A DNA stretch of 42,727 nucleotides, taken from a virus (Duplodnaviria; Caudoviricetes). Made by a program: the position numbers and the translations under genes. The notes below the pieces were generated by a model. It searched no databases and had not been told where the DNA came from. It saw only the letters and a program-made list of their open reading frames with translations. The stretch is taken from positions 1 through 42,727 of IMG/VR virus record IMGVR_UViG_3300036803_000057. One strand, given 5' to 3'. Each line of letters opens with the position of its first letter. The stretch's first letter is position 1. Below, piece by piece: positions 16,219-26,423 of the stretch.

Positions 16219-16919
16219 CAGAATGTGTACGTACCGGGGCCGATGGGTAACAGTAGGGTGGTGCTAATCGCAACAAAGGTCTGAATGGTGATGGAGCCGG
16301 GAGTGGGACAGATCGGATAGGCTTGATTGCGTGTTCCGGTTGGTGCTGGGCCACTCGGCCAAAAAAAGACGTGCCCACCTGTTGCATCCTGAATGATGAT
16401 GAAAGTGTAGAGGTTGCCGGGAATCATGTTCGAGCATGTGGAACCATCCGAATCTCCCGCGAGAGTGAGTTGAAAGGCTGTTCCCTGCGTGCCGTCGAAG
16501 TCTTCAAAGCCGCTGTAGGGCACGATTACCAGTTGGGGGATGATGAGCGGCGGGAGCGGTGCCGGGGGTAGGCTGGGGTCGAATGGTTCTGTGTTGGTGA
16601 GATCGTAGTCGTTGCTGCCCAAAAAAATGTAGGCGTTGCATTGCAGGATGTCTCCGTTGGGGTCGCGGAAGGTGACGGTGTAGTAAGTCCCTGGCGGCTC
16701 GATGAGATCGTTCCCGGTGACGGTCACGCTGAAAGCGTTCCCCGGCGCGGAGACTGGGACGCTATTCATCTCGGCGGTATAGTAACTGCCGTTCTCGCTT
16801 CCCACTCCGCGACACACGGGCGAACGGCTTCCATAGCCGCAAAGCATGATGTCTACGGTTGCGCCGGGGTCTTCGTCGGTGTCTCCCACCCCTTTAAGTT
16901 TGCCGTGTACGGTCGCCAT
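16218..16919 (-). CDS. Tail-associated protein
   Basis: GGAGG RBS before MATVHG; NDLIEPPGTYY and LYTFIIIQDATGG motifs. Confidence 0.75.
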   Translation of the reverse strand: MATVHGKLKGVGDTDEDPGATVDIMLCGYGSRSPVCRGVGSENGSYYTAEMNSVPVSAPGNAFSVTVTGNDLIEPPGTYYTVTFRDPNGDILQCNAYIFLGSNDYDLTNTEPFDPSLPPAPLPPLIIPQLVIVPYSGFEDFDGTQGTAFQLTLAGDSDGSTCSNMIPGNLYTFIIIQDATGGHVFFWPSGPAPTGTRNQAYPICPTPGSITIQTFVAISTTLLLPIGPGTYTF

Positions 16920-16921
16920 CT

Positions 16922-17497
16922 CTAGTCCTCCATATTGAATTGATAGATTTCGAGTGTGGCGATGTTCCCGGTTTCTTCTCCGGTGGGGACGAAGCTGGCG
17001 GCGACGGCAAAGCGGATGGCCGGGTCGTCGCCGGGGGCGATGTTGTAGAGGTTGGTCGATATACCTTCCTCCGGCTCCGGGGAGTCCGCGATGTTGGTTA
17101 GAAAAGTGCCTTGCATCTTGCCGCTGATGGTCGAATACATCAAGCGCGTTCCCACGATAAGCCACATGGTTTCCGGGAGATCGTCGTCGCCTCCGATTGG
17201 CTCCGGCATGGAGATGATGACTTTGCTCCATACCGATTCGTCGGTAAGCTCCTCCGGGTTGCGCGTGTCGTGCGACAACCCCAGCAACCAAAGGGTCAAC
17301 TCGCCTGGGGTTCGAGCGCGGACGGTGCCGCTCACAACGACATTGAACGGGCGGTGATCGTGACTCGCGGAGCCGGGGATGCTCAAGATGCACGGGATGG
17401 TTGGCTGTCCGGCGTTATCGGTTGCCCTGAATATCTCCGGGGTGGCATCGTTGACGATGAGCGGGAGGGCGGCGGCGGCTTTGACGATGACTGACAT
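16922..17497 (-). CDS. Putative virion protein
   Basis: AGGAG RBS, late operon, beta-rich. Confidence 0.7.
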   Translation of the reverse strand: MSVIVKAAAALPLIVNDATPEIFRATDNAGQPTIPCILSIPGSASHDHRPFNVVVSGTVRARTPGELTLWLLGLSHDTRNPEELTDESVWSKVIISMPEPIGGDDDLPETMWLIVGTRLMYSTISGKMQGTFLTNIADSPEPEEGISTNLYNIAPGDDPAIRFAVAASFVPTGEETGNIATLEIYQFNMED

Positions 17498-17509
17498 TTG
17501 TAGTTACTC

Positions 17510-17938
17510 CTATCCAAAGAAAGTTAGCGGCCCCACGGTTGCGAGTCGCGGGTGTCGGCCTAGCTGCTGCATGATGTTCTCGCGGAACCACGGGCGGGTG
17601 ATGTTGTTCAACTCCACGTAGTAGAGGGCGAGATGTTTGCCGTCGTCGTCCTCTACGTTGATGTTGGTGTCGTCGGCGGTGCCCTGGTAGATGTCGTCTA
17701 TCAGGGCGAGTACGCGGCGGAAACTGGCGTCTCGCGGGTCGATGATGACTTTGGGCTGGTCGGTGCCGATGTAGTCCGGCGCGGTCTGGATGACCTTGTG
17801 CCACTCTCCCCATCCGGCCTTGACGCGGTTGGCTAGTACCTGGGCGACGGCAAGCATCCCGTCTGAACCTCCGTGATGATGGGCCTCGGCAACGGCGAAG
17901 TCCACGATGCGGCCCTTGATGTAGTTCTCGTAGGTCAA
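17510..17938 (-). CDS. SleB/Hydrolase_2-like cell wall hydrolase
   Basis: AEA..G..GMLAVAQVLANRV, ALYY, ATVG.LTFF. Confidence 0.75.
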   Translation of the reverse strand: MTYENYIKGRIVDFAVAEAHHHGGSDGMLAVAQVLANRVKAGWGEWHKVIQTAPDYIGTDQPKVIIDPRDASFRRVLALIDDIYQGTADDTNINVEDDDGKHLALYYVELNNITRPWFRENIMQQLGRHPRLATVGPLTFFG

Positions 17939-18642
17939 CGCATCCCCTTCCGCTTCTCTCGAAGCTCCGCGATGTACTCAAAATAAAGTTCGCTGGCGGC
18001 GTTGTGGACGGGTTCGCCAAACGCCTTGTTTACCTCGTCCTCGGTGATGATCTCCTCTTGCATCAGCCGGAGGAGCGCGGTGCGCCATCCCCGGTACTTC
18101 TCATCGGTCGGCACATCGAACTCATCGAAGCGCATTACAGACCACTCCGGGCCTCGCGGGTACTGTAAATATGTAACGTATTTGGGTACGCGCTGGCCGT
18201 CCTGCCATACCCATCCGCTGATTCCCACCCGGTCTAGGATGACCTCTTCGTGTAACCAGAATCGGGCGGTGCTGCGGGTGTAGGTCTTGAGCGCGACGAG
18301 TCCGGTAGCTGCATCGGTTCCCCACCCTTTGAAGATGGCTGGCTCGATGCTGCAATCAATCCCGGCATCGCGCATCTTCTGAAAGACGGCGTGCGGGTGA
18401 AGGATGTTGACTAGCCGCATCTCCTCATTCTCGCGGCCTATCCATCGCTCCTGCCCCTGCCATCGGAACGCCTTGCGTGCGCGGTAGTTGTCGGCGTACA
18501 TCCGTGCCTCCTCCTCGATAAGCTCCTGGCTGCTGCTGTCGGTGTACGGCAACGGGTCAGTAACTACAGGGGTTGGAAGCTCGTCGTCATAGCTCTTTTC
18601 GCTACGCTTGAGGTTGGAGCGGATTTCGCTAATTTCCGGCAT
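17935..18642 (-). CDS. Hypothetical phage protein
   Basis: AAGGAG RBS before MPEISEIRS; PEWSV..FDEFDVP..EKYRGWRTAL. Confidence 0.75.
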   Translation of the reverse strand: MPEISEIRSNLKRSEKSYDDELPTPVVTDPLPYTDSSSQELIEEEARMYADNYRARKAFRWQGQERWIGRENEEMRLVNILHPHAVFQKMRDAGIDCSIEPAIFKGWGTDAATGLVALKTYTRSTARFWLHEEVILDRVGISGWVWQDGQRVPKYVTYLQYPRGPEWSVMRFDEFDVPTDEKYRGWRTALLRLMQEEIITEDEVNKAFGEPVHNAASELYFEYIAELREKRKGMR

Positions 18643-18851
18643 TGGGTTCGAGACTCCTTCGTATCGTTTCGGTGCGGATTGCAACCGATATAGCAATACC
18701 CGTGACTCGCAACCACTCTCTAAACTCTGCTCGTTCCTGTTCGTTGGTTAGGTCGATGATAGGTTTCTTGGATAGTTCCGCCATCGCTGTATCGAGTGCC
18801 TTTTCAACATTGTTTGCTATACGCGCTTCCTTGCTAATTTCCGGCATTGGG
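18628..18851. repeat. 19-bp direct repeat flanking a 72-aa gene
   Basis: GCTAATTTCCGGCATTGGG at 18628-18646 and 18833-18851. Confidence 0.95.
18629..18847 (-). CDS. Inserted small hypothetical protein
   Basis: AGGAG RBS; starts MPEIS and ends PNAGN like its neighbours. Confidence 0.7.
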   Translation of the reverse strand: MPEISKEARIANNVEKALDTAMAELSKKPIIDLTNEQERAEFREWLRVTGIAISVAIRTETIRRSLEPNAGN

Positions 18852-20558
18852 CTTGGCTCCTTGCTTTTGTTGATCGCTCTCCATCTCCTGACGGAACGCT
18901 TCGCCTGCTAGTGTCGCAGCATAGCGCGTAGAGATGTTGTGCTTGGCTGCATAGTTAAGTAGGCTTGTCAGTCGCGGCTTGGTGGCCGCGTAGCCTAGTA
19001 GCTTCTCCGCACTCGCCTCTCCCCCTCCGAAGATTGCTCCTGCGGCATATCCCGGCCCCGCCGTCTTCGCCCATCCTCCGGGAATCATGGAACCCAACAT
19101 TCCGGTCGCCCAACCTACCTTGCTGCCTACGGTGTGCGCTCGGTTCACAATCTCTTGGAGTATGGATGCGATTCGCTGATTCTTTGCCGGGTTCTTGGCG
19201 GTGTCGGCAAGATCGTAGAGCGAGTTGAGTCCCTTCTCGCCCATTAGCTCTACCATGCGCTCCCGGCCAACACCTTTATCGCGCTCAAGCTCCGTTAGCT
19301 GGTTAAACAATTTCTTGCCATCGAAGCTATTAGCTCCTCCCCGGTCTGCGGCTGTCTCCGGCGTCCCGAAGTCGAACGACTTTACAAGCGAGTCGTGAAT
19401 TTTATCTAGGGTGTAGTGATCGTGGAACGCATCACGGGCGCGGTCGGTCGCCTCGCGTGCGAGTTGGCCGTAGCTGGTGTCATCGAATCCGCTCATCAAC
19501 TCTTCCATGTTGGCTCGTGCGGCGGCTTCCTGGGCGCTGTCTCCGCTGGCCTTTGCCGCCTGGATAGCGGCGTTGGCCTTGCGCCATCGGCCTTCTGTGG
19601 CTTGGTCGGCGGCGTCGTAGATGTCACTGGCCTTGCTGCCTAGCTGCTTTGCGGCCTGTCCGTAGTCGGACACTGGCGCGGCTTTGTCGGCAACGCCTAA
19701 GCGGTCAAAAGCTGCCTGTAGTACGTCGGTGGCACCCTGGCCGAACTTGCCGGGTGCGGCCTCGGCTGCTGCGGTCGCGGCTTTGAGGGCTGCAACGCTT
19801 CCTGCTGCTCCCTTAATGATGGCCTTCCCTCCTGCGGCTGCGGTTCCCAACGCGCCATGCAGCACCATCCCGGTTAGCGCGGCTGTCTCTGCGGCGTCCT
19901 TGTCGCCTCCGCTTTCGATGTACGCCTGGGTTCCCAGCTTGGCTCCGGTTCCGGCTACGGCGGTGGCTCCCTTGAGGGCTTTTACTCCGGCTGCGACGAC
20001 GGGCTGTAGGCCGGGATATTTTTCTACAACCTTCGCAATCTTTCCCATCTCTGCAATGCGTTCGGCTGCGCTCAAACCCTCGGCGGCTTTGCCCAACCAC
20101 ATCTCCGGCGCGAATACCTCCGCAACGCTCTCCCCCCACCCTCCCACCTTCTCCATCGCGGTCGTCTGATCGGTGCTTCGCTTCAACCAATCGGAGGCTT
20201 CCTGGGCTATCTGTGACGCCTTGCGGGTGGTGTCGGTCGCGCCGGGGTCGTTGGGCGCGATGACGTACTTGTTGAGGAGGTCAACCGCACCTGCGACGTG
20301 CTTCTGTGCCTCCTTCACTGCGCCGGACAGGATGCCTACGGTGGGGTCGTAGGTCTTGAGATCGTCCCAAAGCTTGCTCCCGAATCCCGGTTGCGCTGGC
20401 GGTGTCGGCGGCGTCGGCGGCGTCGGCTGGGGTGAGGCTGGGGCGGCGTCAACTGTGGCTCCGGGGGGAAGCTGCGGCGTGCTGTCAACCGTCGCTCCCG
20501 GTGGGAGTTGCGGGGTGCTGTCAATCGTGGCTCCGGGGGGAAGACTAGAAGGGGACAT
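18834..20558 (-). CDS. Putative internal virion/ejection protein
   Basis: Ala/Gly-rich helical; N-terminal LPPGAT(I/V)D x3; third large gene after the GNAT-like gene. Confidence 0.7.
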   Translation of the reverse strand: MSPSSLPPGATIDSTPQLPPGATVDSTPQLPPGATVDAAPASPQPTPPTPPTPPAQPGFGSKLWDDLKTYDPTVGILSGAVKEAQKHVAGAVDLLNKYVIAPNDPGATDTTRKASQIAQEASDWLKRSTDQTTAMEKVGGWGESVAEVFAPEMWLGKAAEGLSAAERIAEMGKIAKVVEKYPGLQPVVAAGVKALKGATAVAGTGAKLGTQAYIESGGDKDAAETAALTGMVLHGALGTAAAGGKAIIKGAAGSVAALKAATAAAEAAPGKFGQGATDVLQAAFDRLGVADKAAPVSDYGQAAKQLGSKASDIYDAADQATEGRWRKANAAIQAAKASGDSAQEAAARANMEELMSGFDDTSYGQLAREATDRARDAFHDHYTLDKIHDSLVKSFDFGTPETAADRGGANSFDGKKLFNQLTELERDKGVGRERMVELMGEKGLNSLYDLADTAKNPAKNQRIASILQEIVNRAHTVGSKVGWATGMLGSMIPGGWAKTAGPGYAAGAIFGGGEASAEKLLGYAATKPRLTSLLNYAAKHNISTRYAATLAGEAFRQEMESDQQKQGAKPNAGN

Positions 20559-22497
20559 AGTTGGTTCCCTTCGCGTCGTCGGCATATCCGACTGCCTGAC
20601 CTGTCTTATCCCGCACGGCGAACTTACCGGGCGGCGGCGTCTTTGCTCCTCCTGCTGCTGGCTGGGCCGCTGCTGCCCCTGGCTGCGCTGCTGGCTTCGA
20701 GTAGAGGAGACGTTGCGCCTCGTCTCCTAGCCCGTAGCCCTTGAGTGCATTTTGGCTGTCTTCGCTCAAGAGGTCGGGTACGTCGGTTCCTATCGTCCGC
20801 TTGTAGCGGTCGTTGAGGGCGGCGGTGCGGATGAGCGCGGTGTGAGCGAAGCTCTTGATCGCGGCCTCCATCTGCGCCGGGGATGCGTTCTCGTCCAACA
20901 TCTTGTGACCTTCCTTGATGTCGGCCTGTTGGAGCGCATGGTTGTTGTTGAGGAAGTTCTGATACTCCGTCCTGACGGCCTCGATGTCGGGGAGAATCGC
21001 TTGAACTTTGGGGTCTCCCGTCATGGTGCGAAGTTTGTTCAGCGGCGTATTGAGAAGCGGGATGTTGGTATTGCGAAGCTGGGCGATGCTGTTGGAGAGA
21101 TTTTGGGCGTGTCCCAGGAACGTGTTGAAGGACTGGATTTGATCGGCCTGTTTGCCGTCCGCATAGTCCTTGATGAGTGCCTGTTTCGAGTGGTACAAGG
21201 CTTCCGCATCCTCCGGGCTGAAGTGCTTGCCTAGAGTCTTCATGGAATAGGCGTCGGCAAGCGGGAGCATTGCGTTGTACTCTTTGGCGCGTTTGGATAG
21301 CTGGCTGGGGGCAACTAATCCGTGAACCATCATCTCCGCGTTCTGCTCCGGGGTTCCCAGTTCGGCCTCGCCCTGCTGCCTGATCTGCTTGGCGCGTGCG
21401 TTCGCCTCCGCTGCCTGCGCCTGTAGCTGCTGCTTGCGGAGCGGTATCAATGAGCCTTCGTCTTCGGCTTTCTTCTTGTTGGTGTCGGCGTTCTGCTGGG
21501 CAATCAACGCCTCGTGAGCACCCTTTGAGACGTTGCTGTTGGCTACAGTTATCGCCATTCTTTGCTTCGCAACCTCGGCGTTGGTTGTACCTGCGGGGAT
21601 GTTGAATGTATCCGTGATGGTCTTGGTCGCGTCTTTCGGGTCGGTTTTAATGATGTCTACCGGGGTGGGTTGGGTGGTTGGTCTTTGCGCTGCCTCTGCC
21701 GAAAGTCTGTAGAAGTTTACCCCTCCTTTGCCGTTAGGTTCGTTGTAAATTATGTCGCCGTTTACCCCTGTATGCCACCCTACCGCCTGGGGGTTTGCGA
21801 TGCCATATTGGGCGATGGTTTTGGGGTCTGTGGCGTTCATTAACATGGGTTCATACCCCTGTTTTACTAGCTCCGTCATGTTCTTTGTGGCGCGGTCGTT
21901 CTGGGCCTGTAGGTCGTCCCGTGACCAATGTTCCTGGTCAAAAGACGCCTTTGCTACCTGGATATGGAGCGCGGCAAGCTGGGCATTATTCAGCATTATT
22001 TTCTGCTGCGCTTCGGCCTCTTTGTTGGTCTGGTCTAGCTGGTTTTTCTGGAAGTCCAACCCGCTTTGAATCCCCGCAGATGCGGCCCTAGCTGCCCCTC
22101 CCGGCCCCTGTCCAACGGCTAACCCTTTGGCCGCTCCTCCGAGTGCTTCGGCGGCGACTCTGCGCCATATCTCCCCGGTCGTTTCGTGCTGGGGTTCCAC
22201 CCTTATTGAGCCGTCCGCCTGGGGGGTCGCTTTGTACGATTTATCCCCCACCAATGTCCCTCCGATGGCGTGCAATATCTTGCCTAATTCGGACTGGTGC
22301 GCGGCCCCGGCAACCATCTCCGGGTCTTGGCTTGCGGGGGTGGTTTGGGGCTGCGCGGAGGGCTGCGCGGAGGTCAGCGGGTCGCCCAATTCGTTCGTCG
22401 GCTGGGGCGGCGGGGTGGGGGTGATCTCGTCGCCTAGTTCATTGAACTGTGGGGGCGGTGTTTGGGACGCTAGTACGTCGGCTGCGGTGTCGGCCAT
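20545..22497 (-). CDS. Putative internal virion/ejection protein
   Basis: Q/A-rich helical 650 aa; position as in P22/T7 ejection genes. Confidence 0.7.
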   Translation of the reverse strand: MADTAADVLASQTPPPQFNELGDEITPTPPPQPTNELGDPLTSAQPSAQPQTTPASQDPEMVAGAAHQSELGKILHAIGGTLVGDKSYKATPQADGSIRVEPQHETTGEIWRRVAAEALGGAAKGLAVGQGPGGAARAASAGIQSGLDFQKNQLDQTNKEAEAQQKIMLNNAQLAALHIQVAKASFDQEHWSRDDLQAQNDRATKNMTELVKQGYEPMLMNATDPKTIAQYGIANPQAVGWHTGVNGDIIYNEPNGKGGVNFYRLSAEAAQRPTTQPTPVDIIKTDPKDATKTITDTFNIPAGTTNAEVAKQRMAITVANSNVSKGAHEALIAQQNADTNKKKAEDEGSLIPLRKQQLQAQAAEANARAKQIRQQGEAELGTPEQNAEMMVHGLVAPSQLSKRAKEYNAMLPLADAYSMKTLGKHFSPEDAEALYHSKQALIKDYADGKQADQIQSFNTFLGHAQNLSNSIAQLRNTNIPLLNTPLNKLRTMTGDPKVQAILPDIEAVRTEYQNFLNNNHALQQADIKEGHKMLDENASPAQMEAAIKSFAHTALIRTAALNDRYKRTIGTDVPDLLSEDSQNALKGYGLGDEAQRLLYSKPAAQPGAAAAQPAAGGAKTPPPGKFAVRDKTGQAVGYADDAKGTNYVPF

Positions 22498-22512
22498 CTC
22501 TTCCCTCTCTCT

Positions 22513-23118
22513 CTACCACTTCCGTCCGGCAAGTCCACCACCCACGGCACCCAACGCGCCAAAGGCGGCGTTCCACGGGCTGTTACCGGAGTTGGCTACA
22601 TCGGTGGCTCCGGTCATGGCGGCGGTTCCGGCGTTGGTGGTGGCTCCGGCGTAGCTGGTCGGGCTGATGAGTCCGGCTGTCGAACCTAGAACGTTGGCGG
22701 CGGATTGCCAATTTTGATACCCCTGCGCGTAGTTGGCCTTTGTGATGTCTAAATCGCCCTGGGCGCGGGTGGCGGCGGCGGCGTTGGCGTTCTGGGCAAG
22801 GATGTTGGCGTCCACGCTGGACGGCAAGAGCGTGTTGCCTCCACCCCGCGCGGCCAGGACTTGAGCGGTGGCCTTCTGCGCCTGGGCGTAGTCGGTCGCA
22901 ACTCCCTCCGCGTTCTGCGTGCGGAGGGCGGCTTCCTCGCCGGGGGCAAACCCGGTCTGCGACGGCCCCGCCTGCAAGATCGGCGTAAACTGGCTGGTGA
23001 GCGCACCCGTAATCGCCTGTGACTGACCAAAAATGGTCGAATACTGGTCGGTGAGCATCTTGTAAAACTGGTTCTCCTCGTCGGAGACTTGGGTTTGTCC
23101 TGAAGTTGAACCGCACAT
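22513..23118 (-). CDS. Small ejection (pilot) protein
   Basis: MCG- start, A/Q/G-rich, C-terminal GALGAVGGGLAG. Confidence 0.7.
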   Translation of the reverse strand: MCGSTSGQTQVSDEENQFYKMLTDQYSTIFGQSQAITGALTSQFTPILQAGPSQTGFAPGEEAALRTQNAEGVATDYAQAQKATAQVLAARGGGNTLLPSSVDANILAQNANAAAATRAQGDLDITKANYAQGYQNWQSAANVLGSTAGLISPTSYAGATTNAGTAAMTGATDVANSGNSPWNAAFGALGAVGGGLAGRKW

Positions 23119-23125
23119 AGGCCGT

Positions 23126-23632
23126 CTAACCCCCTTCCTTAGATACCCGTGGGATGCCGTCCCAATCGCCCACATGCGACTTTGGAGCCTCAGATGGGGT
23201 AATGTCCCGTATGAGGTCGCCGTTGGACTCCCTGAACCCCATCCGCCTTTTCGCCATTGCTGCCAGTTCTGAGCCTTTGGTGTCGAACAAAATTTGCCGG
23301 AAGCTGTTGGCTCTAAGCTGGGCCTCTATCCATGCCATCCCTTTAAGCAGGGCGAGACGGTTGCGGGTCTTGTCTTCCCTGCTGTCGCTGCCTGAGAACA
23401 ACAGGCTCACCCGTGCGGCGGTCTGAGTTTTGAAGTACAGGATGACCTTGCCTGTCTCGCGCGTCTCCAGTGCCCATGCGTCCTCTCCCGGCTGAAGGGA
23501 GAGAAAAAAGTCTGCATCCATACAGTTAGCGTGATAGGGGTCGTTTTCGATGAGGTCTTGCAGATAGGCGCGGTCGCGCTCCTCAACGGGCCTAACTACA
23601 TAGTTATCAAAGTGAAAGACGGGCGGCGTCAT
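23126..23632 (-). CDS. GNAT-like virion assembly protein
   Basis: VRPVEERDRAYL start and RRMGF end; sits before ejection genes like P22 gp14/T7 gp13. Confidence 0.5.
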   Translation of the reverse strand: MTPPVFHFDNYVVRPVEERDRAYLQDLIENDPYHANCMDADFFLSLQPGEDAWALETRETGKVILYFKTQTAARVSLLFSGSDSREDKTRNRLALLKGMAWIEAQLRANSFRQILFDTKGSELAAMAKRRMGFRESNGDLIRDITPSEAPKSHVGDWDGIPRVSKEGG

Positions 23633-23871
23633 AGTCCCGTCCTGATCGGAAGTATCCGGTAGGTGGGGATGTTCGCATCCCCGTAAAACTGCCGCTGTAA
23701 ACCATCCCCGGTCGTCGCCTGGGGGGGCATGGCGGCTATCATGTTTGCGCTGCGTCCGGGGGTGTTGGACTCGTCCGGTACGGACGGAACTTGCAGGGTT
23801 CCGGTGGTACTTGGGGGGGCGGGTTCCCACCCGCTCATATCGACCATGCTGGCTTGTCTCAGTGTCGCCAT
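23629..23871 (-). CDS. Small virion-module protein
   Basis: AAGGAG RBS, TAATG coupling, MATLRQAS. Confidence 0.65.
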   Translation of the reverse strand: MATLRQASMVDMSGWEPAPPSTTGTLQVPSVPDESNTPGRSANMIAAMPPQATTGDGLQRQFYGDANIPTYRILPIRTGL

Positions 23872-26423
23872 TACTGACTCCTTTGTTCCTGCCACGTTTG
23901 ACCGAATATGGTGTAGGTCAGAAGCTCGTCGGGGGAGTCGATTGCCTCCCATTGAAGACCAAACTTTATGACCTGACACCACACTGGTTTCTGGTTCTGT
24001 AAAAGGCTGTGGCGGTTGCTCAAATAGGTTGTGCTGGGAGTCAAGTTGGTAGGGTCTTGCCGGGTGCGCGGTACGGGTTCGTAGGTGCCCTGAATCTCGT
24101 CCAAAAGCACTCCTAAAGTGGGGGCGGTTCCGGCTGCATTGCTCTTGATTGCCATCCATGCCAACCCCGCCATCTGCCCCGGATTGGCGAGTACGATGGG
24201 GTTGTAATCGACGGTCATGGGGTACGGGGTTCCGGCGTCTGAATGGGTGTTCGTATCGCGTACTCTGATAGGCCCACCCGCCGTAGCTGGGCCTACCATA
24301 AGCACCATCGTTCCGGGGAGAATTTCGACCGATTGGAGCGCACTCATTCCCCCTGAGATGAGCGCGGCTGGACTCCAGTTCGCACCCGATTCGGGGGCCG
24401 AAGTGGGGGCCATTCTGTACCACAATGTTGTACCGTCTGACAGGTATAAAGCCGTCTCCCCGGAGCCTCCAACGTGCATCGTGAGGTACGCCTTTGCGGG
24501 GTCGATCTGGTTGGATAAAGGGGCGATGGGGAAGCTGGCTTCGGTGACACCTGAACCGGGGTCTAAGCTCTGTACCATGCGCTGTCCACCGAACAAATAA
24601 GCGGAGGAAAGCAGGGTGGTAAAAGCGTCGTAATGGAGTAGCGGAAGGTTCTCCAACCATGTCGTCATGTATAGCGGGTCGGTGCTGGTTCCGCTGCCCT
24701 GGATGATGTACGCATCCCGCAGGGTGAGCACCACCACGCCAAGCGAGATGACCCAAAAGCGGATGATCTTGGATTGCGCGGTGAAGGTGGTATCAAAACC
24801 GGCGTTCCCGCTGCTCCCGCTGACGATGGCGTCCGGCCCGGACGACACATAGACCACGTTATTGACGGCGGCGAAGATGCGGCCAAGATGGTAGGCGAGA
24901 CAGGTTGCGCCGGAGGGTAGCGGGGTTCCCTCCCCTCCCACTTGCGCCTGTAGCTCGGTGTTGAGTGCGCTGTCGGGGAGGTTGTCGTTGAAGCTCCAGG
25001 CGGTATTGAGGGTGGCCGGAAAGCGGGTCAATTCAAAGAACGTTGAGCCTCCGGCTGCGGTGCGGTAGAGGATGATCGTGTCGTCCTGGGCGTCGGTCGG
25101 GCCTTCCCCCTGTACCACCACCTGATTATTCGCAATGACGCTGATGGCCGCGCTCTTGGGACTCATGTTGCTAATGTCGATGGTGGTACTGTCCATGAAC
25201 GCATAGCCGTACTGCCGGGGGGCGGTGGCGGCGACGGAGTAGGCTCCGGTGTTGCCCCAGATGACGCTTCCGTCAAGCGTCAAGGCTCCGTTTGCGGTGG
25301 AGAAGTTGGGGGGTATCGGCCCGGTCACGCCTGACTGCAAAACCGTCTGCACGTACCCGCTAGGGTCTAGGATTTGATACCCGGCGTTGACGGGATTATT
25401 GCTGCCCGTCTGAATGGTGATGCCTGGGCCGATGTCCTTCCATTCGTGCTGTACTCCCACGTTTATCCAGACGGCGGAGCCATCCGTTACAAAGCTCCCC
25501 ACGGCTGAAGTCCACGGCGGGGGGGTGGCTCCGCTGGTTCCTGCGGTGTAGATCACAAACATCATGGCCTGTTGGCCTGTAGTTACTGCGACGTTCGCGT
25601 GTAGCGCGTCCTCCGCGTTGTAATAGCGGTTGGCTTGCCAGTCGGCGGGTGCTCCGCAGCAAAACCACTGGGTTGTGTTGTCCGGGGTGATGGCCCCAAA
25701 GGTTAGGCCAAAGTTAGTCGGGCCGGGGGCGGGGCCAGTGACACCGTTTAGATTGGCAAACTGCATGGTGTTGCCGTTCGGGTCATAGATGAGCACCATC
25801 CCCGCGTAGTACGCTCCCATCGCGGTATTCGCTTTCCATACTCCATAGGGATTGGTGATCGCCTGTTGCGAAACCTGGGGCGCGTTCGCTGGCCCGTCCA
25901 CTCCCCATTTTGTAACCTTGTTAGTGGCGTTTGCGACTTGGACGTTATCGACTCCATTGGTCATGTAGAGCGTGTTGCCCACACCTAAGAAGTAGGTCGG
26001 GTGCTTGCCGTCTTGCGCGGCGGCGGACTTGGTGAATATCAACTCTTTGGTGTTCGGCCTCGCGCTGTTGCTGGTGGCGTCATAAACTGCCGTCGCGGTG
26101 TCGGCCATCACCCGCACGGCTTCATCGGCAAGCGTGAAGGTGTTCCACCCGTAGAAGCGGGAGATCGGCGGGAAGGTCTGCGAGTTGTAGATGGACAGTC
26201 CCGGCCTTCGTACAAGGGTGAGCCGGGTACTCACTTCGCAGTTGGAGCCTCCCTGGTAGCTGTCTTTTTTGCCTCCGTAGTTACTCTCCACATACCCGGT
26301 TGTGGACGCATCCCGCATGGGGTTTGTGTTGGGCCACATCCCGGTAGCCTGTCGGTTGACATGCAGGGGGGCGAAGTCGCTTGCGGGAAGCGCGGCTCCG
26401 GCGACTTGTAGCTGATTCGCCAC
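23871..26423 (-). CDS. Tail nozzle/stabilisation-like protein
   Basis: ~850 aa, beta-rich; NCEVS.RLTLVRRPG, YHLGRIFAA; AAGGAG RBS, GTG start. Confidence 0.65.
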   Translation of the reverse strand: MANQLQVAGAALPASDFAPLHVNRQATGMWPNTNPMRDASTTGYVESNYGGKKDSYQGGSNCEVSTRLTLVRRPGLSIYNSQTFPPISRFYGWNTFTLADEAVRVMADTATAVYDATSNSARPNTKELIFTKSAAAQDGKHPTYFLGVGNTLYMTNGVDNVQVANATNKVTKWGVDGPANAPQVSQQAITNPYGVWKANTAMGAYYAGMVLIYDPNGNTMQFANLNGVTGPAPGPTNFGLTFGAITPDNTTQWFCCGAPADWQANRYYNAEDALHANVAVTTGQQAMMFVIYTAGTSGATPPPWTSAVGSFVTDGSAVWINVGVQHEWKDIGPGITIQTGSNNPVNAGYQILDPSGYVQTVLQSGVTGPIPPNFSTANGALTLDGSVIWGNTGAYSVAATAPRQYGYAFMDSTTIDISNMSPKSAAISVIANNQVVVQGEGPTDAQDDTIILYRTAAGGSTFFELTRFPATLNTAWSFNDNLPDSALNTELQAQVGGEGTPLPSGATCLAYHLGRIFAAVNNVVYVSSGPDAIVSGSSGNAGFDTTFTAQSKIIRFWVISLGVVVLTLRDAYIIQGSGTSTDPLYMTTWLENLPLLHYDAFTTLLSSAYLFGGQRMVQSLDPGSGVTEASFPIAPLSNQIDPAKAYLTMHVGGSGETALYLSDGTTLWYRMAPTSAPESGANWSPAALISGGMSALQSVEILPGTMVLMVGPATAGGPIRVRDTNTHSDAGTPYPMTVDYNPIVLANPGQMAGLAWMAIKSNAAGTAPTLGVLLDEIQGTYEPVPRTRQDPTNLTPSTTYLSNRHSLLQNQKPVWCQVIKFGLQWEAIDSPDELLTYTIFGQTWQEQRSQ

